From Phoronis australis (lineage: Eukaryota > Animalia > Phoronida), in assembly GCA_002633005.1 (NCBI GenBank), contig NMRA01000320.1, forward strand, positions 2,720 through 66,719: 64,000 nucleotides of DNA, in the 5' to 3' direction. Of the stretch, positions 11,401-23,211 are shown one piece after another (position 1 is the stretch's first letter; each line of letters begins with the position of its first letter). Under the pieces are notes generated by a model, which was not told the DNA's origin, made no database searches, and saw only the letters and a program-made list of their open reading frames with translations. The translations under genes were made by a program, and so were the position numbers.

Positions 11401-14400
11401 TGTTAGTATTAAACAATTGTGAACTCCTTGATTTCTGAGAAATTTGAACTGTTTGTTAAGTGGACGAGTAAACTCTGTTTGCATACCTGGTCATTTTAAA
11501 TCTTGTTTGTTTGTCTTTGATAGAGGCTGAAACTGTTGATAATGGTGAGAAGGCGGATGATGAGAAACCAGCATTGAACTGTCGGACGCCAGCTGTTGAA
11601 GTCAAATCAGCCGTAGATCATGAGAAGGAAAATAATCTAGGTGGGTACTTAAGTCTGCTACTTACAAGATAACTCTGGCATAAATGTAACATCTTGTATT
11701 GATGCGTGCCATTTTGTTGCTGCCTGGCTATATTTAATATTGATGCTGTGGTTACACATATTAAGCTGATCCTTTGCCAACTGAGCTCCATCCAGATGGC
11801 AGCATGTTTGGGGAATTTTTTTCAAATCTGTTGCATTGAATGGTGATTTTTGATCCCGACACCCAGCCGATAGTCGTCATGAGTGGCGGTCAATATAACC
11901 ATTTTTGTGTCACAAACTCTTTCGATTGGTGTCAAAAGCTTTATGTGAGCATGGCNATGTCTTGAGTACAAGAAGGCTGTGGAAAAGGAAAAGGAAGAAC
12001 AAGAGGACAAAAAGGGTAATGTGATGGATCAACGTTGTGCGCATGGGAGCCCCAGGTTTCACGAACCTCCGTGTCGCCTTAAGGTTATTTGGTACCCTGG
12101 AAAAATTCCAATTTTGGCCAACTTCGGAATGGAGTTTCTCAGAAATGGCTGATCAGATTCACTTGAAACTTTCGTATTCTATGCTTTATACACTGTTCTT
12201 GGATATGGTGTTAGGAATTGTTTTTTTAAATGTTCCATGTTTGCATGAGTGGCAATAATTAGCAATACACTTAATCACAAGCACATGTGATGTTTAACAT
12301 ACTGCCATATAGTCTTAAACAGTCAAGTATTGTGAGTAAAAGACCATTTAAAACTGCTATGAGTAGGGAGAGACTTAATACTTGCACCCAGTGATTGGGA
12401 GAAGAATACTCCGTTCCAAGATTTTGAGGAACATATTTCAAAATCTTTCCACATTAAGCCCTTGAATTACAGTTTGTGTATAGGTGTTGTGTTACTACTG
12501 TTCCTATAAAATAAGAAATTAAGAAACTGGGTGCAGAAAAACTCAGTGGCATTACTCATAATCCAAATCCAGTTGCTGGACTCCATCAAAGCCACGGCCA
12601 GTGATCATGAACTGACATGTGCTGATTAGTGGTTGTATTGATGGTTCTGACCATTGGGTCGTTTCTCCACCCTGAGGAGGTGTAATGGAGGCTGTTAGTA
12701 TTAAGCAATTGTGAACTCCTTGATTTCTGAGAAATTTGAACTGTTTGTTGAGTGGACGAGTAAACTCTGTTTGCATACCTGGTCATTTTAAATCTTGTTT
12801 GTTTGTCTTTGATAGAGGTTGAAACTGTTGATAATGGTGAGAAGGCAGATGATGAGAAACCAGCACTGAACTGTCGAACGCCAGCTGTTGAAGTCAAATC
12901 AGCTGTAGATCATGAGAAGGAAAATAATCTAGGTAGGTACTTAAGTCTGCTACTTACGAGATAACTCTGGCATAAAGGTACATCTTGTATTGATGCGTGC
13001 CATTTTGTTGCTGCCTGGCTATATTTAATATTGATGCTGTGGTTACACATATTAAGCTGATCCTTAGCCAACTGAGCTCCATCCAGATGGCAGCTTGTTT
13101 GGGGAATTTTTTTCAAATCTGTTGCATTGAATGGTGATTTTTGATCCCTACACCCAGCCGATAGTCGTCATGAGAAGCGGTCAATATAACCATTTTTGTG
13201 TCACAAACTCTTTCGATTGGTGTCAAAAGCTTTATGTGAGCATGGCATTAACAGGCATTACTCTTTTACCTTTCTGAGAAAAAGATATTGTTAAATAAAT
13301 GAATTGTCATCTTATTTCAGAGCCTGAAGAATTGAGAAAATATTGTGAGAGTGTCTTCCAGTTCAAGACCATCAAATTCAAGCGATTCAAGTAAGTGATA
13401 TGTGTTTACTTTTAATGTTGTGGGCTGTAAAGTTCTGAAAGTCCTACGCAGCTCTAGTTATGTCGAGCCAAAGTCACAAACAAAAGGTTCCACCCACAAA
13501 ACATGGTTTTCAAAAATGGTGTTGTACGAGACTTTAACAGATTGAAGCTGATGCTTGTATAAATGTTTTGAAGGATCTTTGTTACCGAAAAAATCATGTG
13601 ATTAAGCCTGAAAAATGCTCTGGTGTGTCTTATAAGTTTTTTTTTGTTGATTCTCATTAAAGTTGTAACTCGTAGTCCAAAAACATAAAATTCATGCAAA
13701 ATAAAATATTAAGATACTTTCAGCACGTGGAAAGAAAGACGGATTGAAATGAAGAAAGAAAAGAAGAAGGCCAGACCGTCACTGGTATGTTTATATCACC
13801 TTTGTTTTGTCAGTCACCAAAACAATTTGTCGTGCAAGGTGTTATTGCTAAAATCTGGAAGCATTCAAGCAATATCCTGGGTAGGGTGGACTGATGACCA
13901 CTGCTGCCACCTGGCTGCAGAGGGAGATACTCCAATCCCCCAGCACGTTGGATCATGTGCAGCATTATTTAACCATCATAACATAATTCTGTCGGATAGT
14001 GTTAAACTCCTGCTCCATCAGTTTGCTGTTTTGAAACATCTTCATGTGTGTTCTCAAAAGCTGACACTCCATTAGCTGGAGCACGCTAAGTCGTTCCACA
14101 CGATTAGTGGCCAGTGCTCCATGAAAGTCTCCCATTCTCCCGCAGTGCATGCGTTATTGACTATTGCACATGTTGTGTGTGTTTCCAGCCATCCAGCACC
14201 ACGTTTATCACCTGCCCTTTACCATCAGGAAGTGCTGATAAAACCAACAGGAAGAAAGGTAGGGTGACATTTTTTTCTCTCTATCCAAGATAATTTTGAT
14301 TAGTCTGGCATTGTGTTGTTGAATCTTCTCTGGTGTCACCAGAATGAAGCCTCTAAACCTGGAGGGCTTGGAATGTCCCTCTTGTAATAGGATTTCCTCC

Positions 14401-17400
14401 TTTTTGGTTTCGATTTCCTCTTATTTGATTTTTAGTTTCCTCTTTTTGCTCTCTTTTTAGCATTATTTTGAGTTTATTCATGCAAAAACGTTTATTTCAC
14501 TTTAATTTTACAACACAAATATATATTTCTATCACACAAGACTATTTGTGGAATGATACAGTACCTGGAAAATTTTCCTCTCTTTTGTCATTTTTCATTC
14601 CAAGCCCTTAAGTGAAGATCGATAAATGAGAGTTCTCTTGAATCTACTGTACTGTGTTGAAATGTGAATCTCACTTTCAAGCTAGCTGTGTTTTAAAAAT
14701 TAAGTGCAAAACCTTGAGCTGTATTCTAAATGTCCCTTTTTCCATCTTGTTCGTGCAGTTACTCTATTTGGTTCTTGCAGAGTTTGTATTGAATCCGGAT
14801 GGTAAGACACCCGTGTGTTTACTACACGAGTATGTACAGCGGGTACTCAGGCTTCAGCCCAAGTATTCTTATAACGATACAGGTGAGTAGCCCCCTTTGT
14901 TGGGATTTTATTTGGTTTGGTTATCGGGCAGTTTCTTTTCGTCATCAAAATGTCTGTAGGTAAACACGTATAATGTTGCTAGAACTTTTTAGTGACAAGA
15001 ATCCTTCAATAGTTAACAAGCATAGCCTTTCTGAACCAATAGGTTGCATAGGCAACTGCCAAGGCTCCATTGTGTCTTGGGGAAAGGCTCTAGTGGTTTA
15101 GGCGTGCTAAAATGAGTTGAATGATGCCCTGAGGTCCTGTATTGCACAGGTCTCCATAGTGTAACAGGAAGGTCGAGTCTAGCTAAATAGTATGAGCGCA
15201 ATGTTAAAACTAAGTTTTACAGTTGTCTATTATTAAGGTCCTTACTCACTCTGCCTTGTCATTTTCAAGGTGTTCAATAGTAGATTTGTGAAAATATTGT
15301 CATGCACGTGTAGTGTAAACAGACAGAAGAGGAGAAAAAAAATCCTCCAACAAGGCTTGTAGAACTAACCGTTGTCATTGTATTTTAGACGTGGCCCTGA
15401 CGCCATATGGTGCCACTATTACCATTGATGGTATTGAGTATGGCACAGGTTTTGCTGCCAACAAGAAGCAAGCTAAGCAAGAAGCAGGTGGGTAGTTTTA
15501 GATATCTAGTTGCTTCAATTTTAACCATGCTCATTAATTATTATGCGCCCACATATTCATATGTGGACGCATTATGTCGTCATCTCTGTCCGTCCGGCAT
15601 CCGTTCGTCCGGCATCTGTCCGGCGTCTGCTGCTCTATCTCCAAAAGCCTTTGATGTACATTCATGAAATTTGGAACATGTGTTCCTTTTATGGATGGGA
15701 CGGCATGAGTGAACTTTTGGACTGATCCGACTACCGGTGTGCCCCCTAGTGGCAATTTTAGTTTTTTACGCTTACCTCCATATCTTCAAAGGTCCTCAAC
15801 GTATTTTCATAAAATTTAGCATATAGGCATCTATTAGTAAGATGACGCTTTACTTTTGTTGTTTTCGGATGGATTTGACAAAGTTTGCGCCACCTAGTGG
15901 CCATTTTTGCTGTTTTTGAGTCTGTTTTTTAGTGTCCACCCCTCTATCAACCAAACCGCTGTAAGGATGATTGTGAAAATTGGCATGTATGTTCTTACTA
16001 TGAAGAGGACGGCTGACGTTGATTTTCCGATGATTTCGTCTACTGTGGTGACTCCTAGTGGCAGTTTTGTTTTTTGCGCCCATGGCTGTATCTCCTAAGC
16101 CATTGGCAGGATCTTTGCTAAATTTAACAAGTTTATTTATGTTATGTTCACAACGCATGACAACAACTTTCGGACAGATCTGACTACCAATGTGCCCCCT
16201 AGTGACAATTTTAGTTTTTTAAGTTTACCTCTGTATCTTCAAAGGTCGTCAATAGATTTTCAGAAAATTTGGAATATAGGCGTCTATTGGTGAGATGATG
16301 CTATCCTCCTGTTTTCGGATGGAACCGAGGTACTTTGCGACACCTAGTGGCCATTTTTTCGAGTCTGTTTTTTGGCGTCCATCCGTTTATCAACCAAACC
16401 ATTCTAAGGATGATTTTGAAAATTGGCGTGTATGTTCTCAGGCGAGGGCGGTGAACTATAACAAATTCGACCACTGAGGCACCTCCTAGTGGTACTTTTG
16501 TTTTATTTTGTGCCCATAGCTGCATCTCCTCAACACACTGCATGATCTTTATTTAATTTAGTAATTGTATTTTTACGAAGCTAACACAGACGACGTCTTT
16601 CAGGCCGATCCATTGAAGGCTGTGCCCCATAGTGGCAATTTCATTTTTTCCATTTTCCTTCATTTCTCTAATTTAAGTTCCTTGACTGATATTTATGAAA
16701 TTTGGTAAATGGCTTTCTATTAAAGAAGCGGTGTCATTTTCCCGTTCTCAGATGGATTTGATGTTTTTGCGCCATCTAGTGGCTTTTTATGAAACAAACA
16801 AACTACCCCAGAAGCACACCGTTAGGGATGCATTCGTGGGCGCATTCCAATGCTCCGCGTTGCTCTTGTTGTTAGTAGGATTAGAAATCTATACAGTACA
16901 AATATCACCAGTGTTCTTGGTCAGTGTAATATCTTTTTTGTGCAATGTTGGGGTTCATAGATTTTTAGGTTCCTACAGGTTGTCCCATGATTCTGTTTGT
17001 TCTTGTCTTTTCTTGTGGTTTCTTTAGTTCTTACAAAATGTTTCATAGTGTTGTACAATTAGAGTTTGCACAGGAACAAGGGTACTGTTTTGTTTGTCAA
17101 GCTGAGAATCCAATTTAGTCTTCAGTTTAACTACCTTGCACCGTTTCCTTCATTCAGCCAAGAAAGCTTTGTCTGTACTCATACCTGATGTGAAAGAGTT
17201 TGGTGACCAGAAAGAGATGGACTTGGATGACTTGTCGGTAAGCTAACACATTCACCAAACAGACAATTATAAATTAAACTGCTCTTGGAAAAAATGAGAT
17301 ACTCATTTTCAGTGTTGCCCAGACATTGTTGTTCCAACTGGTTTCTCTGTCCCAGTTCGTGAATCAGTACCATACGCGGCATAGTTCTTGAACCGCAGAT

Positions 17401-20400
17401 TGCTCTTCTTTGATTTTGTATCGATCATAATGACACGGTCATAATGACACGATCATAATGACATGGTGAAGTTGTGCGTCTGCAGTGGTTAGTCATTTTG
17501 TTTTCAGTTTTTCGAGGAGATCAAAATTGAGGATCCCCGTGTCAAAGATCTGTGTGCTCGCGTAGGACACAATGGCCCCTTTACCATCCTGCTGGAGTGC
17601 TTGAAAAGGTAAGGTGTATTCATTATAGTACTGTATCTATTTGTTTGTTTATTTGCATCAAGTAATGTGCAGGAAAGGAATTTATTCAGAGTTGCCTTAG
17701 TGCATAATGACCTGGAATTGTCATCGTCCATTAGAATCTGGTCATCTGGGTTGTTGGGATTGAGATTTTCATGGTTTCCAAATTCTCAATGTTTTGTCTC
17801 TATGTCATGTATTTCTGAATTGAAACATGTACCATGTTCAACCCTTCTCCAGATTGAGAGGGTTTGTTTGTTTGTGATATGCCGTGTCAGTTATATGGTA
17901 AGGTATGTACTAACTTTATGTAGGTTACCATGGGAACATCCTAACTCAGAAATGGCTCATGGCATTCATATGAAACTTTCATATATTGTGCTTTATGCAC
18001 TCTTCTCTATTAGCAATTGTTTTTAAAATGCTCTGCTTTTGCATGAGGGGCTATCAAAAAGAGGACTCTATGATTTTCATGAAAATATTGAAAGTTCCAT
18101 AAAAAGAAAACAAAATCATAATTTAATAAAAAGCTGTTTGGCATTTGAGAGATTTCATCTTGAAATTTTTGTCAAGCGGAATTTGATCACGTTATTGATA
18201 CCATTGTTTCGCTGTCAGTGTACCTTTCTTGTATGTCAAATTTTATGAAAAAAGACATCACGTGACCCGTTTAATGACATTGTTAAAAAGTCAAAAACCA
18301 AATTCTACAGGATTTCTACTGGCCAGCTGATACGTTTGGTGGCGACCGAGTCAATGGGAAATAAACATTTTGGTGTGCATTTCAGAAACTATGGCTTAGG
18401 GAACACTGACATCAAGATTGAGATGAACACATTGAAGAATCAGAAGTGTGAATATACCATGACAGCCGGGAAGCACACCACAACGGTGGGTAGTAATGGT
18501 CATGGGTGAAACTTGAACCAAAAAAATGCATTGATGTAGTCAAGTCACAGGTGAAGGACTACTGTTGACAACGGGCTTATATCCATGGTGTAATGGTCAT
18601 AGGTAGTTAACAGATGAAACTCTGCCCTGAACCAAACAATTCAGTGATGTAATCAATGACAGATGAAGGACCACCGTAGACAACGGGCTTATAGCCAGGG
18701 TCATTAACCCAATAAGAGCAGTTATCAGTTAGTGTAGATGATATCTCTATTTTGCTGTTATGGTTTAAATGTTATCCCATGCGCATTGAATGCAGTACGG
18801 CATGTGGTATTGTTTTATTGTATTGCACTCCCGGGACTACTGTAATGGTGTCGTCTGACATGGAAAGTTCGGAAGATAGGTCGACTCAACATCGTTAGCC
18901 GGGTCGATCATCAAACGTTCCCAAAATAGTTTAAAGTAATTAAGTTACGTTACAGCAGTATAAATAACACTCAACATGCAATCAGGTCACAAACATAGCA
19001 CCTGGTACAAAACTTAATTTTGTAACACTTCTGTCTCAGTTTTATTTGCTAAATAATATATTGGCTGCAACTCAGGCACCTATTCCTCTGTAATTTTATT
19101 TAACTACAATGTTAAATATAATTGTTGTTACTTAATTATTTTCGGAAAATGTTACAAGTTCAATGCACAATTACCGTTGTTTTCATCTTTGTTACCTCTT
19201 CTGAAGTAACAAATTGTTACATATAATACTGTTTTCTTTGACTATAAGAGTAAACTTGTAAGATAACGCGCAAGTACATACACTATAGATTGTGATCTGC
19301 CACATGAACAGTTAAGCTGCAGTATTTTAAAAATCTGTCGAAAAAATAAAAGAAACTAAGAGTTCGAAACGTATGGGATAAATACAAATTTCGGTCTCGG
19401 TCGATACACGGAATAATGTCTCATGCGATATTATTTCGTCTACGCCTCTCTCTACACTTGGTCCAGTGTGTAGCATAAAATAAAGAATCTACATTCACGT
19501 TAAAAAACCTCTGAAATGTTTCCAAATAAGAGCATTTTTAAACATAAGGCTGTGTGTGGTTTTAACTAGATTAACTAATATTTGCAAAATTATCTTTGTG
19601 GAAGACGTTGCATATAAATTATTTAAATAAACATTTACTAAACTTTCACTTAGTTGCATGTATTTGTTTGTTTGTTACAGGTGACTTGCAAAAATAAGAG
19701 GGATGGGAAGCAGCAGGCTGCCCAGGCTCTACTGCAGGTAAACTGATATAAGGTGATATACAGTTGCAGCTTAACCAGTCGTCTCAAATAGTCATGCAGT
19801 TGCTGTGTTGTTTAGAATTATAGGAGCAGACGACGCCTACGTTGGTAATCACTCGCTCATTCTGTACTGGATAGGGAAATGAAATGAAAAAGAAAATATA
19901 ATTGAATTTTTCTATTTGAGGTGTCTTGAATATTGCATTGAACTCTACATAACATTAACATATCTTAAAAAATACTTTGTAGTCTAGGTAACACCAGCGT
20001 AACGTGTCTTACAAGTTAATTGAACTCTATGTAACGTCAGTGTAATATATCTTGAAATGTACCTTGTACTCTGCATAACACCAGCGTAACATGTCTTGCA
20101 AGTTACATTGAACTCTACGTAACATCTGTGTATTGTACCTTGTAAAGTATCTTGTACTCTAGATAACTCCATTATAACGTCTCTTATGAATTACGCTGAA
20201 CACTATTTGACACCAGCATATTAAAGGGCATAGACACATCAAATGTCTCTTAAAGTTGTACTGAACTGTGTATAACATCCCTCCCTAACGTGTAAAGTTA
20301 CGTTTCAGCTGTTTAACAGTGTTTATTATCTGTTGTATAGTTGCTGCACCCCCACCTTAACAACTGGGGCTCCATCATGAAGCTGTATGGTAAAAGCACA

Positions 20401-23174
20401 GTGAGAATGGAACAAGAGAAGAAGGTATGTCTCACCCATCGCCATTGATAGGCACTGAAGCTAGGCATCTTTGTGATACACGGCGATTCTGTAAACTTGA
20501 CTGTGCCATGGCGCTGTTGTTTGTTTGGTAAAAAGCTATAACTACCTTTCAGTGTGCTCAGGCTCACCTTTGTCCACCTGTTGTCAATGAACATTGTGCT
20601 GATATTTGGTGTTTACAAGTGACTACATAGCAGTTGGTGAGAGCCCTGGAACTGAGTTGTTTTCGGTAGTGTAATGTATTCAGAAAATCACTGCAAATTA
20701 CAGAATTGTGATTGGCATATATATAGAAGTTGTGTAGATTTGTGAATCTTGCTTGTTAGCTGAGAATTTGTATTTCTGTCTGTTCCAATAGTGATTGCTC
20801 TCAGGATCTTTATTGGGTCTATTCTGAAGTATCAAGTTGTGAGACCCTAAATCTACATCTTTGCACCAATGCTATGTAGTAGTAAAATTTTCTTTTATCA
20901 CAAAGGTGCCTAGTCTTGTTGACAGTTGTGTTCTCTGTTTTGTTTTGTTGTGTTGTTAATATTTTTAGTGTTATTAAGTTAATTCTTTGATAATCATTGT
21001 GCCAATCGACCTATCGCAAGCTCCACCCCCTTGCAAAAAGTTGACAAACTAAGTTTTACCCGACAACGTGTTGTTTGTCGGGTAAAGTGGTGGCTTGGAA
21101 ACAAAGGTGTGTCAATAATGCTGCGTTCTGATTGGTCAGTTAAGCGGTCACTCAGAATCTAGGCGATTGGTCAATTGTATCATAGGTACAGTTTATGCGC
21201 TGTTCTAAAGGAATATACCAAGACTTTTGAGTGTTCTGTCAAATATTTGACCTGTGATAACATCATATATGTCTGGAGTTGAATGATCTGGTTGTTAGAC
21301 GGGCTAAGTTAGCTCGCCCTGTTTTGAACATTGGATTTGCCCCGTTTTCTGAGTGTTGCAGACTGGGATGTTCTGGCAAGTAGTAGACATGTAATGACAT
21401 CAAGTTATCCCGAGATGTGTGATTTGGTCATTAGTTAGGGAGAATTTGCTCTCCCTGTTTGCAACAATGCATTTACCCCATTTTCTGGTGTTGATGCTGA
21501 CTTGGGTGTTTTGACAAATATTTGCCCAGTAATAGGATCAAAGATATCCTGAGATGCGTGATTTGGTCATTAGGCAGTGACAGCTTGCAGGCCCTTATAT
21601 CTGCTATGCTCTCCTCAACTCAATGTTTCTTGGAAACATTTCAAATGAAATTGTGTTTTACTAAGCGTCGTTATTTTTAAGTTATGTTAAGTGCCCCAGC
21701 ATGTTTACACTTGGGTAATTTTTGGACGACAAATTCAGCAATTGCATAAAAGGAAAATAGCTGCAACTTTGCAGCAATCACAGTGATCAGCACAAGATGC
21801 GCAAGCTTTCAATTGAATGGCAAATCAATTCATTTGTAAACTACCTAACACAAAAAGTGTTGCTACATATACGGTTTGGAGAGATGTTGTCAACAGACCT
21901 TCCATTGTTTGGTACTGGTGGTCTCCAGGGGTCTGTCTCATGACAAGCGACTTTGTCTTATACTCCACGCAACAATTTCCGAAAAACACTTAAATTTCAA
22001 TGCTCGAAATTTCCCAGTTTAGATAATATACTAGGAAATTTGGGTATTGCACAAACTTTACTTCGTGATAGCGAAGTGGGAATGTAAGGCAAAGTTTCTC
22101 ATTTCAAGTGGAACTTGCATGCTAATTCCTTATCTCTGTGATTGCTTGGTCAAATTAGTTAGAAACTTAACATATAGCGACGATGTGAATATGAAGTAGA
22201 TTGAAAATTGGCAAATGTTTTTAGAACGAGTTATGTGTTGAATATGATCTGCCGTAAATCACTCAATCATGTCAAGTATCATGACGTGGGGTTGGGGAGT
22301 AACAATGCATGATGCAGGTGACGTGAGTCACCTAGGTACGTTATTAGTTCAAAGGTCACCAATTTGCGGAATTTTGTTTTACATTTACAAGTTGTCAATG
22401 AATAAAACTTCACTTTGTTTAGCATAGATAATGTTGAAATAGCATTGTCATTTAGTTCCTGCTATACATTTGCGTAGTTAGGAGCATGCGAATACATCTG
22501 TAAGCCCAAGTCATTTTTCATGACTCAGGCCCCAGTTAAGTGTCCGTTGGAGTCCAACCATTTTCTGAAACACTCAAAATCCTTGCGTATTTCTTTTAGG
22601 TACTGCACCATACACATGTAATTCTTGTGTTTTGTTTTTGTACTAATTTGCAGTCCAATTCAGTTAATGGTTGCTATTGTTTTTAGTTGCTCAGTCACTG
22701 CACCTCGTTTTTATCAGTGAATTCCATTTTTTCCACAAACAAGCATCCAATTGCAATTTGAAAAGTACAGATTAAAATGTAGGCCAAAATTTTACGAGTC
22801 GGCCCGCGTCACTTCGCCACCATTGCATTCGTCGAGACGACAAGGAAGCAGGCAGGTTAGTTGGTGTGCACAGAGCATGCGGTAGACATAGGACATTTCA
22901 CTTGAGTTGGTCTATTCCTCATTCTGTTCATTCTTCCTCCCTTCTCTGCACGTGCCGCTGTCTTCTTAGCCTGGGGCTGAGGTGTTTCGCTATTCACCCA
23001 TCGTCTTTGTGTTACTAGATTCGCCAATCGTTTCTTACTAACTGATTGCGTTCTTCCTTGGATACTGTTGTGTTTATGTGGTGATGCAAGATTTTCTTTC
23101 AGCTTTAGTGGCAGCAGTAGTTTGAATAAACTTTTTAAATTCTAGCGTAAAAATGGTTTTGAAGTCTGCGTTGA

Positions 23175-23211
<37 letters not shown>

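Larger units (their letters stand above)
10674..13246. repeat. Tandem duplication 10674-11955 / 11957-13246 around N gap (probable haplotype overlap)
   Basis: Near-identical copies with scattered SNPs/indels meeting exactly at the single N at 11956. Confidence 0.85.

Noticed and set aside
10674-13246. Apparent internal duplication of DGCR8 as a biological event
   Set aside because: Copies abut exactly at a single N and differ by allele-level SNPs; the same pattern recurs at N 28438, 31183 and 59758, typical of unmerged haplotype contig overlaps.
18495-18705. Two ~115-bp degenerate direct repeats after DGCR8 exon 13
   Set aside because: No splice signals, ORF or RNA-gene motifs; ordinary local intronic duplication.
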